From Mobula hypostoma (lineage: Eukaryota), in contig NC_086097.1 in NCBI RefSeq assembly GCF_963921235.1, positions 44,642,001 through 44,706,000 of the forward strand: a DNA stretch of 64,000 nucleotides, written 5' to 3'. Position 1 is the stretch's first letter, and each line of letters begins with the position of its first letter. The position numbers were made by a program, and so were the translations under genes. Below are positions 1 to 14,300 of the stretch, piece by piece. The notes beneath the pieces were generated by a model that saw only the letters and a program-made list of their open reading frames with translations, was not told where the DNA came from and made no database searches.

Positions 1-185
1 TGTGGGGTTCCTTCAGGTGCTCCGGTTTCCTCCCACGGTCCAAAGATGTACCATTTGGGAGGTTAATTGGTCATTGTAAATTGTACCATGATTAGGCTAG
101 GATTAAAGTGGGGGATTGCTGGGCAGTGTGGCTCAAAGGGCCAGAATAGCCTATTCTGTACTCTAACTCAATAAATAACTAAATA
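1..185 (+). mobile_element. tRNA-derived SINE, 3' part (V-SINE/HE1-like)
   Basis: ggtgctccggtttcctcccac core, ggttaattggtcattgtaaattg, (AATA)-type tail; similar to the copy at 56780-57081. Confidence 0.75.
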
Positions 186-407
186 AAGATTACTTCTCTA
201 CTGCCTTTAGTGTATGCCTTTCTTCCGATTTTCATTCATGAGCATCATTTAACAGCCATTTCCTTTGCAGGATTGTTAACAAATTTCCCTCCATATTTAT
301 AATGGTCAATATTCCACAAACTATAGCAAATCAGATTGCACACTTCCCTACTTCGCTTCATTCTCTCATAAAACATCAAACAGCTTACTTCTTTTCTTAG
401 AACTGGT

Positions 408-1784
408 TTTAATTTGGCCTTTGTCACTGATCAACAAAAAAAGACTTGTGTCAAAGTGATCTAAATTAATTACATATATAAAACACCAAATAATTGCCTA
501 AGTATTCACCTCTTCAAGTCAGTATTTAGTTGCACTGTGGCAACAATTTTCCCCATTCTTTGCAAAACTGCACAAGCTGTCAGATTGCATGGGGATTCGT
601 GAGTGAACAGCCCTCTTCAAGCCCAGCCGCAAATTCTCAATTGGATTGAGAACTGGACTCTGACTTGGCCACACCAGGACATTAAATTTGTTGCTTTTAA
701 GCCATCTGTGTAGCTTTGGCTTTATGCCCAGGATCATTGTCTTGCTGGAAGACAAATCTTCCAAGTCACAGTTCTCTTGCAGACTGCGTCAGATTTCCCT
801 GTACTTTGCTGCATTCATTTTACCCTCTACCTTCATAAGCGATCCAGGGCCTGCTGCAGTGAAGCATCCCCACAGCATGATGCAGCCCCAGCATGCTTCA
901 CAGTACGGATGGTGTGTTTTTGATGATGTGTGGGTTTTAGCTTATGCTGAACATAGTCTTTAGTCTGATGGCCAAAAAGCTCAATTTTGGTTTTATCAGA
1001 CCATAGAAGCTTCTTCCAGCTGGGTTCAGTCTCCCAAATACCTTCTGGCACACTTTGGCTGCAATTTCTCAACAGTGGCTTTCTCTTTGCCACTCTCCTT
1101 AAAGCTGCGACTGGTGAAGCACCTGAGCAACAGTTGTTATCAGCAGTCTCTCCCGTCTCAGCCACTGAAGCTTTTAACTCCTCCAGTTGTCATAGGTCTC
1201 TTAGTGGCCTTCCTCACTAGTCCCCTTCTTGCACTCACTCAGTTTTGAGGACGGCCTGCTCTAGGCACATTTACAGCTGTGCCACATTCTTTCCATTTCT
1301 TGATGATTAACTTAACTGTATTCCAAGGGATATTCAGTGACTTGGATATTTTCTTGTAATCATCTCCTGACTTGTGCTTTTCAATAACCTTCTTGCGGAG
1401 TTGCTTGGAGTGTTCTTGTGTCTTCGTGGTGTAGTTTTTGGCCAGGATACTGACCCACCAGTAGTTGGACCTTCCAGATACAGATGTATTCTTTTACAAA
1501 AATTGAAACACCTTGACTGCACACAGGCCTCCAAAAACAACTCAATTTAATTATGTGACTTCCAAAACCAACTGGCTGCACCAGTGATGATTTGGTGTAT
1601 CATACTAAATTTTGTGTCTTACATTTGTAATTAATTTAGATCACTGTGTAGATTTGTTTTCACTTTGATAGGAGTCTTTTTCTGTTGATCAGTGTCAAAA
1701 ATAGTCAAATTAAATTCACTGTGATTCAATGTTGTAAAATGTTAAATCATGTGCAGGGGAGATGAATACTTTTTATAGGCACTA
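408..1784 (-). mobile_element. Decayed Tc1 transposon
   Basis: Minus-strand fragments WPSQSPVLNPIENL, LWSDKTKIELFG, RTVKH; terminus tgaatactttttataggcacta-TA; residual inverted repeat at about 410-490. Confidence 0.85.
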
Positions 1785-2734
1785 TAAATAGGCCAACTAC
1801 ACTAATTACAAATTTGAGTCAATTCTATGCATGCAAACATCAGAAGTTCACAAAGTCAAAGAATATTTCACACAGAACAAAGATACAAACAGAAAAGGAA
1901 ATAATTGTTTTCAGAAGTATGATTTATCTATGTTCCATGAAAATTATTTTAAAATACAAGCTCTTGGAGAAGTCTTACGAAAATTACTATTAAAAATGGG
2001 CCAGCCATTAAGTGGCGTCCACTGTCAACAGACATCTGTGTTCCGAACTTACCCATTTCAAGACCTACCCAGTTGAGGATTTCTTGGAACCAAATGGCAA
2101 GACTAGGGTTCGGACCGGGACATTAACTGCGCTAATCAGTCAACAAGGGAAAGCAAGAATAAACTTTGTCCATGAAATTATGCAGAAAATCTTTTAACAA
2201 AAGGCAAGATCTAGTGAGTAAGTATTAAAAGCTCTTGACAATTTTTTTTTTGATGCTTCTGAATGTCCCGAGGTTCAGAAACAATGTTTCATCATTGGCT
2301 TCAAACCCGAAGCAAGATCAGATTTCCCACCAGTGTTTAGGAATTTCAGTAAGACTTGCTGCATTTGCAGAAGAATCACAAACCTAGTGGCTTAAGTGGC
2401 ACGTTTCCATATGAAACTTCTAGCAAAACACAATCCACAAGGTAAAATCATAAAATATTAAGTGATTACATTAAAAATTTAGAACATTTTGAATGCAACA
2501 TGCAAGAAGTGTCAATCTAAAGTTGAAGGGGATTCTTTCTGTGACAAGAGTCCAAATTACAGGGAGAGCTTTTGTTTTTGTTCTTGCTGCCTCTTCCCTT
2601 GCTCTGCTATTTAAATTTGTTTCCAACTTTTCCCAGCTCTAATTAAATGACATCAACCTCAAACTGCTTTGGCATATTGTGACGCAGACCATGCTGCTAA
2701 GTATTATCAGCATTCTTACTTCAGATTTCTAGAA

Positions 2735-3607
2735 AATGTCGAAGGCTGAAAAAAAAAGGTGGTGACACATCAGCATACAGGAGGGATATTGAAACCTGAC
2801 TGAATGGTGCCATAACCCCCTCTTATTCACTGTCAGGAAGACCAAGGAGCTGATTATTGACTTCAGGAAGAGGAAAGCATTGGTCTATGAGCCTCAAAGG
2901 ATCAGAGATGGGTCAGCAACTATAAATTCACTGTTACCATTTTAGAGAACCTGTCTTGGGCCCAGCGTGCAAGTGCAATTACAAAGCACAGCAGCACGTC
3001 TTACTTCCTCAGGAATTTGCCAAGATTCCACTTGACATCCAAAACTTTTGACAAACTTCTATAGATGTGTAGTAGAGAATATTGACCAGCTACATCACAG
3101 CCTGATATGGAAACATCAATGCCCTTGAACAGAAAACCCTACAGAAAGTAGTGGATACGGCCTAGACCACCACAGGTAAAACACTCCCCACCATCGAGCA
3201 CATCTACATGAAGCAGTCACAGGAAAGCAGTTTCCATCATCAGGGACCCCCACCACCCAGGACATGCCCTCTTCTCGCTGTTGTCATCAGGAAGTTGGTA
3301 AAGGAGCCTCAGGGTTCACACCACCAGATTCAAGAAATTATTACCCCTCAACCATCAGGCTCTTGAACCGAAGAGGGTAACTTCACTTGCCCCATCAGTG
3401 AAATACTCCCACAACCTATGGGCTCACTTTGAAGGACTCCATCTCATGTTCTTGTTCATTGTATTTTTTTTTGTATTTGCAGATTGTTGCCTCTCGCACA
3501 CTGACTGGAAGTTCAAGCTCATTGAGTATGCCTGCAATAAAATGAGTATCAGGGTCGTATATAGTGATATGTATATACTTTGATAATACATTTACTTTGA
3601 ACTTTGA
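2735..3607 (+). mobile_element. Rex1/Babar-like LINE 3' fragment
   Basis: Degenerate RT C-terminus (KTKELIIDFRK-like), ttacccctcaaccatcaggctcttgaac motif, (ACTTTGA)2 tail. Confidence 0.7.
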
Positions 3608-4879
3608 AATTACATTACTAACCAGCAACTGGGAGGTCTGCAGTAAGATTTGATGACCAGTTTGAATTCCACCGTGACAGCTGTGAAAATCAAATTCAGT
3701 TAGTTTAATAATCTGAAGCAAAAGGTCAGAATGAAGAAATGTATGTACAACTAGTTAACTATGTTTTTTTTAAATTGAAGTTATATTCAGCCCTTAACCT
3801 TGCTAAGATCTCCTACTGAGTATCTGTGAATGTGAGAACTGTCCCTCAGATAAGCAACAGACCCAGAATCACAACTTTCTACCAACATATACAGACTGCA
3901 TCATTTACATTACACTTATCTGCAAGATAAGCCACACAAAAAGGGAATGAAGTCAAACAGGACAATTTCCAGTGACCTCAATATTGACCAAAAAATACCA
4001 TGAAATCTTAGGGCATCAATTCAAAATACAAGTGGATCTATTTTCAATCAGTTGATAAACTAATACTCAATGTTGTAGGCTTCAAAGTAGTACTGAGAAT
4101 CAAGGACACAATATTTACTTTGCATGCGGAGCTTTCACATCCTTCACTTAGTCATTTAGTAGAACAGCCACATGGACCTATGGTAAAGGGTGAGGGAAGA
4201 GAGCTGGGGGTGAAATAACACTTCCCACCAACTTACCTTACAGAATGCATTCATCCCAGAACTTCAGCTTCAACTTCATTACTATATCCAACACCTTAGC
4301 TCACTAAACAGTTGCTGTGGAAGCATGTTACTGAAGGTCAGAATCCTAAAGGTCTCAACCAGACAGAACGACGGGTGTGCCTACACCTCAAGGGTCATTA
4401 TAAATCAACAGATTGCCACCGTTTCTTGGGAACATTTAGGAATGGCCAAATACTGGGCTCATGAACAAAGTCCACATCACATGAATGAACTAAAATCTCA
4501 AATTACTAACAGACTGATTTGTGCAATTTGGCAAGGAAATTGCACGTTTAACAATAACCAAAATACTCACTTTATTATCCCCTATGTTTTCACAAACTAC
4601 CCTCCAAATTATTTCAACACCAATGTGCAACAGTTCCTGTTTGAAACGTCTCCAAATTTTTCAAATAATCATCTACAAACGGAAGCAATTTACAGTAGGT
4701 GCCTACAGTTGCTTAAAAACAATGTAGATTTATATGGCATGTTAAAAAAAAATTCAGGCTGCCCCTCTGTCAGTTATCCTGCATCACCTTTATGTAGTGC
4801 CTATGACATAATTAAGACATTATACATTCAGCAGAAAAAAAAATGCATTAAATATCTAATACAAAACTCCTCTGAAAAG

Positions 4880-6143
4880 TTAAAAACAGAAAAAAGATTT
4901 ATTTCCAAAGTCAGCCTACAGTACTTACAATTTAAACTAAACAGAGACTAATACTCCATTGCATCAAGGGTCACACATCCTTATCATTCTGAATATAGTT
5001 ACTTGTGTTTGGGAATTTGAAAAGACCACCAAATTACCATTTACAGCAACATAGGAAAGCTCAGAAAGATTATAATGGAGTTGCACAGGAATTGATCATC
5101 TCTTTTAGTGTTCTTTTATATAAATCTTATTATAGGTTCACTCTGTTTTTGTCTTACTCAATGCTCATGCTGGATTTAAAGCAGTTAGGAGAATCATAAT
5201 GCTCTGCAAATCACTTTCTAACAAGTGCTTGCTTCAGGACCACACTTTATTGTTGGCCTTTATCTAATTAGTACATGGGACGTACATTGTAACAGGTGTT
5301 AATAAAAGGTCAGTGCCTGCACAATACATTCTACTAATGGAACCGAGCATTGCTTTTTTGCATAACACAACTGAAATAGGCTCTAATAGAAATTACATTA
5401 GACTTTAGCATCCGGCAGTACATACCAAAAAAAAACTGACTAAAACAGGTTTTAAATTGATTAACACCATTGAATCACTGTACTATAATTTTGATACTAC
5501 ATGATTTCATTACAGTTATACGATACAATTATACAAAATGTGTTAACATCAAAGAATATAACCAAATTAAGATAGCAAACCAAAAACTCTCAAAACTTTA
5601 TACAGGAAATAACTCTGAAATATGCATGTAGTACAGTTACTGCCAATTCTATGTTTTTTTAAAAAGGAACTATTACAAGCAAAAAAAAATTAAATTCAAA
5701 AAAAAAATCACATAGCATCTGCATTACTAGCATATCCAAATGAGTGTACAATATGCACACCTGGAAAATACAAAATTAAAAATGTGAATTGCTCCAAGCA
5801 CTGGGAAAGTGTCATATTTATATGAATGCTGAAAGTCCAATTTCTAGCATTGTCAGGTAAAGAACTGACTTTTGATAAATGCAAGTTCATCAGGGCTTTT
5901 ATGGCCCCAGAGTAATGTGTTCATTAGAAAACACCAAGGCATTATTGAAACAGGAATACAGGACAAAAACAGAAGAGCATCCTAGCATCATCTCCAACCT
6001 TGTGACTACTTTATCAAAACAAGTCTTTGTTTTTGTTATTTAAAATTCTTCTCTAGAAATATACAAAGGGAAGGTCAACATTATGCCCAAATGTGGTCAT
6101 ATAATGCCCTGCTAAGGACTAGGTGCTTCCCTCCTGGAGAAAT
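4880..6143 (-). other. YY1: Probable YY1 3' UTR with candidate poly(A) signals
   Basis: AT-rich stretch without recognisable transposons downstream of the stop; AATAAA on the minus strand at 5246-5251 and 4898-4903; true end not determinable. Confidence 0.55.
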
Positions 6144-6353
<210 letters not shown>

Positions 6354-6994
6354 TTATCAGAGTAGCCATAGTTCACATAACACAAAACAAACAAAATATT
6401 ACTTCTACCCTCTAAGCTTTATGCAAAATAAATTAAGTCTTGAGCCTTTCATGGATTGAATGCAAAGAAAGTTTTTAGCAATCTATATCTGAAAATTATT
6501 TTAATCTGATGTGATTTAAGTATTTCTCACCCTAGGATCTTACTGCTTGAAGAGCAAGGGTAATGAATTAAGTGAAATTCTGTTTTAACACTGTATATTC
6601 ATACTTAACAGATCACAGAACTGCCTGTACCAATTGCTTTTGAGATGCTTAGAAAGATGGAATTTTTGCCTATTATTCCATTGGGTCCAAACACAAGCCT
6701 CTTAAGATTAAAGAAAATACTGCAGCATCCAGCATCAGTTCCATCAATTTACCTGTATGTAATCAGTTACTTTACATAATCAATTCACTGATACTGTCAT
6801 CAGATTTACTACCTCAAGGCAAACGCCAACACTTCTAGAAGGAAAACTGCAATGAAGGTTCACCCAGAAAATAACAGAGAAAAAGTAGAACTCGCTTTAC
6901 CAGATTACCAACTAGATTTTTACAACTGTATTCTGTTACACAAGGGAAAATTTCTGGGAGCTTTCCGATAAATGAACAGAATCTCTGTTTGAAG

Positions 6995-7355
6995 TCACAA
7001 ACAAGAGAAAATCTGCAGGTGTTGGAAATCCGAGCAACACACACAAAATGCTGAAGGAACTTAGCAGGCCAGGCAGTATCTATGGAAAATAGTACAGCTG
7101 ATATTTCAGACCTGCCCAAAACATTGACTGTAGGTAAGACTGTAGAGGAAAGTTTTTCCACACAGAGTGGTGGGTGCGTGGAATGCACTGCCGGCAAAGG
7201 TGGTAGAGGCAGACATAATAGGATCTTTTAAGAGATTCTTAGATAGGTTCATGGAGCTTAGAAAAATATAGGGCTAGGCAGTAGGGAAATTCTAGGCAGT
7301 TTCTAGAATAGGTTACATGGTTGGCACAACATTGTGCTGTAGATTACTATGTTTC
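6995..7355 (+). mobile_element. Penelope-derived terminal fragment plus CR1 3' fragment in YY1 intron 4
   Basis: acaaacaagagaaaatctgcag...caacacacacaaaatgctg matches 42849 onward; followed by the cagagtggtgggtgcgtggaatgcactgcc CR1 end. Confidence 0.6.
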
Positions 7356-7378
7356 TATATATTTAAATTTGAGGACTA

Positions 7379-7573
<195 letters not shown>

Positions 7574-10093
7574 CTAGGAAAATATTAAAATATTATGCTC
7601 ATCTTACTTTACAACAAATAAAAGCATGAATAACTATGGAATCTATTCAAACTTCCATACTTAGACTAATGGAAAATAGGCATAGATGAAAGATTAAAAA
7701 AAGCAGTCATTCTCTAATACACTAAATATCCATTGCCCAACAGGTAACTTAATTGACTACTAAGCTATATTTAAAATACCATAATGATCAAGTTTACATT
7801 GCTCTTTTAATTTTTAAGCAAAAAGGATACAAACTAAAAGATCTTTCAATTACTAAAAGATGTACAAATGTTTAAAGGGAAAAAATTTTTGAACTAATGT
7901 CAAACATTTATTTATGTTAATTATGAAAAAGGCTTTGAATGGATCAGTAAATAATTGCATTTTTTAAAATGATTCAAAAGGAATTTCTTAAATGCCTGAT
8001 ATGGGCACACTGCTTAAAGAGGCCAAGTATGAAGAACAGCTCCAACTGGATTTCACTACATTTCACCTCATTCACATTAATGGTGAGCTAGAGAGCAATG
8101 TAGAATGAATAAACCACTCAACATAGCTAATCAGTTTCATTAAAAATATCTCAAAAATATCAAATCATTATCAAATCACACTTCACAAAAGATTCTCAAC
8201 GTGGATTTCCAGATTCATTTTGATATTATTTTGTTGCCAGTTTCCTTTATAAATTCTAAAGACACTCTCCATGCAAGTGGGATTACAGAAATGCAAAGAT
8301 AGAAAATGATGGACTCTCAGGAGGTCAAGTGGCATCAGTGCAGAGACAACCAGAATCAATGCTCCAGGTCAAGGATCTTTGATCAAAATTAGAATGAGTA
8401 TGCAAATGTTTTCTCATGGCAGAGTTATTTCTATAAAGAGGGGATATGTAAGGTGGGGGGGGGGGCACTGTTAAAATGCCCGTGACAGACTGCAAACTAA
8501 AACTATCAAGTATACAACAGTGCAATTTGGAAATAACATGCTCATTACATCATGATTTTGGATTGATCATACCATATCCCCCATGGTGAATATTAGGCAG
8601 AAATAAAGTTTAAGCTGCTAATTCAGCTATTTAAATAATGCATGTTGAATTTGTCCCCAGAATCCATGTTTTTTCAAAAAGAAAAATAGCAGGTTATTGA
8701 AGTGAAAGAAAATTAAAATAGAGCTGTGCCACTGGAGGACAGGACTGACTGGCTACCTAAAATTGTTAACAGATTTGTTCCTGGGGCTTCAGAATACTTA
8801 GATGAAAGTGCAATTTCTCAAGTTTACTTTGATCATCATTCGAAGCCAAGAGAAAGGAAGAAGGCGGAATGAGAGGGTGTGGAAAACTGAAGTATTCGGA
8901 AGCAGACTGAACAGACATGTTCTACAATATGGTCAGCCAGACTGCATTTGGATTTTTTAAGATCCATAGGAGACTGAGTACTGCATGCCATACACCACAT
9001 TGGAAAAGTTGCAAGTGAACTGTTGTTTCACCTGGAAGGACTGTTTGTGTCCTTGGCAGAAATGAGTTAAAAAGCAGGTTCACAGGAAAATGCCTTGAAG
9101 AGGATATAGAATAGACCATGTAATTCTGAAAATAAACTTTCATTCAGAATGGAATACACATCAAGTAATGGAAATCCCTCTGAAAATGGTGGAAATTAGG
9201 GAGGATAATCTGTGGAATGTGAAAACTTGAGAGGTAGAAAATGATGAAAGGATCTTTTCCATATTCTGTCAGAGGGAGAGGAGTGGAAATAGAAGAGTGG
9301 GAAAGTTAGGACAGAGCCAAGAGCCCTGTGTCAAGTAAGATTGATAGAAAGCCATTTAAGGAAAAATGGAAGACATTTTTTAAAGACAATGATGCGGAAA
9401 GCCTCATCTTCAAAAGAGAAACTAACAGAAAAGAACAAGGACCTTACTGTCAAGATAGCCGTGGGACAATCATCACACAACATTCAATGATTATTTTCCC
9501 CAACAGTTAAACAATAGAAATCCACAAAAACTAGAAGGGCAGAACTTAGTAATGTAACTTATACAATTGTACTCTTATCCTAAACAAAAAAAATCTCAAA
9601 ATCCAATCAGTTTGATGTGACTCACAGGAGATTACAGAGGGTCATTACAGAAAGTTTATGAAATAGATTTCTCAGTGAAATTGCTTAACTGAAAGATTAT
9701 GTATTAAATGTATTAAAGCCCAATTGGGAACCATGACTGACAAGAGATTATTAGGTGCATAATCATGCATTATTTTGCCAATTGATCCTAATATTTAAAT
9801 ACTGACCATGGATCTGGCCAGAAATTCCTCAATCTTTTTTTCAGTAGCTAACTCAACGCTCTGGAATTCAGTACACCAATAGCCACCTATCAAACTGAGA
9901 AATTCCAATTGCCAACAAGATTGATCTAATAAATTAGTATACAACAATTAGATATCAATTCCTATTTACTCCACAGCGAACTGTTCAAAATCTTTAAACA
10001 GGAACTGGTTCAAATGAAATCAGTCAATTGAATAATCGTTTTGTAAAACAGGAACAGATTTTTATGCCAAGATCATTTTCAATTCAGTTATTA

Positions 10094-10276
<183 letters not shown>

Positions 10277-11301
10277 TCAGTTTCCATCAAAATATTGACT
10301 TTTCTGTATTTATAATTCATCTTTCTTTGCAACTAGAGCAGCAACATTTATGTAAAAGCCAATATAAAAAATTGTATGCTACCTGGGACGGTAGGCATTT
10401 AGCAATCTGCAACTAGGAGGTATCCCTCCACTTTAACAGAGCCCTTTATCAAAGCACCTCAATTAAAGCCTTGGGGGAAAACTTATAAAAGCACCCCAAG
10501 GTGCAACTATTCACCCTTATTTTATGCTCAGTTGTATTAATCACCATCCTTCTCATGAAAACACAGACCTATTACGTGATAAGAGGAATATTGTTTAAGT
10601 GAAGGGCAAAAATAAGATGTCTAAAATTGTGTCATTTATTGTACTTCTACAAGATTACAGCAGATAATTGTATTTATTTTGAATGCCCCATATTAGGAAG
10701 AAAAAGGAGTGCAGATTAAATAAACATTACCCAGGCTAACTGATTATCAGTAAGTTCAAAGCAAGTTTAAGATTATCTGGATAAATTACAATCAAACAGA
10801 TGTTTTCAGTTTAAAAAGTGTTAATGTAATTAAGTTATGAATAAATAGTGATAGACTATCTCCACTAATCACTGGAATGTTCAGAACACAGAAAAGTGAG
10901 GAATTAATGAAGTTTGCAAAGTAAATGTATGAAATGGCATGGATTAAGGATGTCTGGCTTGGTATTTTATTTCTAGGATCTACAGAATTTTGTCACTAAT
11001 TACTATTAAATTCAATGCTATACTTCTTTCTGTTCCACTCTCCAAAAGGATTTCTGTCCATCTCTGTAACTGTGTTAGCCTTTGAGAGCTTCTCATTCCC
11101 TTGTCTACAGAAGTTTCCGGCTTTAACTGAGTCCGTATGGATTTCAACAGAGATCCCTCCCTTCATAGTTCATATCTACCCACGATTACAGACATGTCAA
11201 AATTATCCAGTTGTCCTAATCACTGCTCTTGCTGCAACCCAAAATTCTTGTTCAATGTCACACATTTTGCTATCTCTACAACAGCACTGACTACTTCAAA
11301 G

Positions 11302-11398
11302 ATGACACTCACAACACGCTGGAGGAACTCAGCAGGTCGGGCCGCATCCGTGGAAATGATCAGTCAACGTTTCGGGCTGGAACCCTTCGTCAGGACTG
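11302..11398 (-). mobile_element. Short Penelope-derived insertion with 9-bp TSD
   Basis: Flanked by ACTTCAAAG at 11293-11301 and 11399-11407; CpGs retained; similar to the ends of the GIY-YIG element at 42849-43671. Confidence 0.8.
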
Positions 11399-11399
11399 A
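11360..11399 (-). ncRNA. Minimal type I hammerhead ribozyme motif (Penelope type)
   Basis: Minus strand reads TCAGTC-CTGACGA-A-GGGTTCCAGCCC-GAAA-C-GTT-GACTGA: 6-bp stem I, CUGANGA and GAAA core, stem II, loopless palindromic stem III, GUU cleavage triplet. Confidence 0.75.
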
Positions 11400-11810
11400 C
11401 TTCAAAGGTCCATAGTTCAAGCTTATTTTTCACTGCAGGTTTTCAGATTAACAAACCTAAACTTTTCTTTCAGACATTAAAGACTCCAAATTTCATCAGC
11501 TCTTGAATTCCAAAAACCTCTTCTTATCCTTCACTCGTCTCTGACCCCATTTCTCCCCACAGTCCTACCCCTAGCACCCATTCATCCATCTACACCAGCC
11601 TCATGGCACTTCTCCAAGCAACAGGAAATGTTCATATTTTGTGGCTGACAATTCTTTTCACCACCATTTGCACAGAAACAAATGTAAGCATTGGTAAAAC
11701 ATTACCATGTTATTAATAGTTACTTTCCATTCTTGAGGTGAATGTGATAATAATCTTCATTATATTATCAAACCAGTCCTTGTAGCAACAATCCTTACAC
11801 CCATTGCTCA

Positions 11811-11984
<174 letters not shown>

Positions 11985-13096
11985 TCAAAAATGACACAAG
12001 ATTTTAAAGATCATTTCACATTCTGACCAAGCAAAAAAAATGTTCATGGGGAAAAGTAGCTAACTACCTAATGCCAAAATTCCTCACCCGAAGTCAGATA
12101 ATGAAATTCAAGGACAACACCTACTAATAAATTCCCTGGATGGAAAATTGATACAGCATTAAATACACCAATAACCCCACAAATCACATTTGTTTGCAGG
12201 TTTTATTAATGATGGGATCAAATACTCTGTACACCAATGATTTGGTCCAACAAAAAACAGTAAAAAGCCTCAGCTGTTATGTACAATGGCAGAAACTTAG
12301 TCAGTGGGATTCTCCGCATTTATCAGGGCAGATCACTACCTTGTAAAGCAGCTAACATAATCAAAACCACTCCAATCACTGCCATTCTCTCTTCTCCCCC
12401 TCTCATCAGGTGGAAGATCTAAAACCCAGAGAATATAACACCCCTGTTAATGACAACCTCCACCCTGCAGTTGTAAGACCACTGGACAAGGTTTAAAGTT
12501 AAAAGTACATTATCGAAGTATACAGTATACAATCTTGAGATTCATCTTCCTGCAGACAGCCACAAAACAAAAACACCATAGAACCCAAAGTAAAACCCAA
12601 CACAAGACCAAATGCGAAAAAGGACACACATTGTGCAAACAACAGGAAGTGAACATATGGAACATTAAACATCAAACTGATCACTAAAGTGAGTCCATAG
12701 CCACGAGCCACCAGGGTGATTGAACCTTGCTTTGGTTACTGGCACCATCTTGCCGGAACAATCCTCTTGTATGATAAGATGGATTCAACCTTGTAATCTA
12801 CTCAGTCATGGCCTCAAAAATTGTCTGCCTGACCTGCACTTTCTCCGCAACTGCAACACTAGATACTACATTGATACCACTTTTCCCTTACACTGCCTTG
12901 AGGTACTTATGGGGTGAAATGATCTGAATGGATGGCATGCAGAGTCATGCAGCATGGAAACAGACCTTTAGTTCAATACTTCCATACTGACTGTGTTGCC
13001 AATGAGATAGCTCCATCTGCCCACATTTGGCCCAGTGCCTGCTACACCATTCCTAGCAATGGTTTTACTTACACAAAGCTTCTAAATGTTGAAGTG

Positions 13097-13262
13097 AAAG
13101 TTTGTACATTCTTTCCGTGTGTATATGGGGTTTCTCTGGTGCTCCAGTTTCCTCCCAATGTCCAAAAGTTTCAGTTAGTAGATAATTTTAAATTGTCCTG
13201 CAATTAGGCTGGCGTTAAATTGGTGGGTTGCTGGGCAGTGCAGCTTGGTGGGCCAGAAGGGC
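13097..13262 (+). mobile_element. SINE fragment (V-SINE-like)
   Basis: ggtttctctggtgctccagtttcctcccaatgtccaaa core. Confidence 0.6.
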
Positions 13263-13269
13263 AGATGGC

Positions 13270-14300
13270 TGCATTGATGAAGCTCCTAGCACCAATCTAC
13301 AGCACACCACTAAGCACAAGCCTCCAATCTGAGAAACAAATCTTCTCCATCTCCTGATTACTTCCAACTGAGCCAGTTATGAATCCAATCCACTGTTTTC
13401 CCATGCATGCCATGCAACCTAACCTTCCAGATCAGCTCACCATGAGACCTTGTCAAAGGCCTTGCTAAATTCCACATAGACAATGTCCACCACTCAATTC
13501 TCATCAACTCTCTTGACAAACTTCTCAAAGAACTTCAAGAGATCATTCTGATACTACTTCCCCCTACACAAAGCCATGGTGTGCACCAAATTAGAACCCT
13601 CTTCAAATGTATGTAGATCTTCCCCCCCCCCCCCCCGCCCCAATCTCCTTCAACAATTTACCAACCAATTCCTGGCTTATTTTTGCTGCCCTTTTTGAAC
13701 AATGGTATCACTCCTGAACCTAACTGTATCAGAGATGAAGTAAAAATCTCTGCAATTTATTCTAAAGCTTCTCATAAGGACCAAGAATGTACCAGGTCAG
13801 GCCCGTTGGACTGATCCACCTCAATTCATTTTAAAGCCACCAATACCTCCTTCCTGCCCGTTGCCCCCATTCATTAACTTCCATTATTTTTGCAACAATT
13901 AAGTCTGAAGAAATATTAAAAAGCATACCTCTAGCATCTCTTGGGATTTTGCTTCACCGTGCCTGACAAATTCTTCTCATATCAGCTTTTTGCCTAACGT
14001 CCGTTAAATGCACACCTATATTTTTGTAGTCATTAAGTTTACTAGTTCCCAACTGTTTATGCACAGTGTATGCTTCCCTCGTTCTTAATTAGATCCTTAA
14101 TCTCTTACCAGCCAGAGTTCTCAAGACCTGACAGCTGTGGCCTTCACCAGTCCAGTAACATGCACATCATGAAATCTTGATAATACACTTTTAAAGCTTC
14201 CCACTTGGGCAGATGCTTCTTTCCCTGCAAATAATTTTGCCCAATCAACCTCTGCAAATTCTCACCTAATGGCACCAAAATTGTTGCTCTGCCTCAGTTC
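13270..14300 (-). mobile_element. Decayed CR1 LINE RT region
   Basis: accttgtcaaaggccttgctaaattccacatagac (reverse VYVEFSKAFDKV) and caaagccatg motifs. Confidence 0.65.

Noticed and set aside
4325..4951. 208-aa plus-strand ORF
   Set aside because: AT-rich, antisense to the probable YY1 3' UTR, no recognisable domain or splice structure; probably chance
8325..8525. 66-aa ORF as a separate zinc-finger gene
   Set aside because: Only 13 codons match YY1 and the cysteine half of the finger is missing; treated as a duplicated fragment
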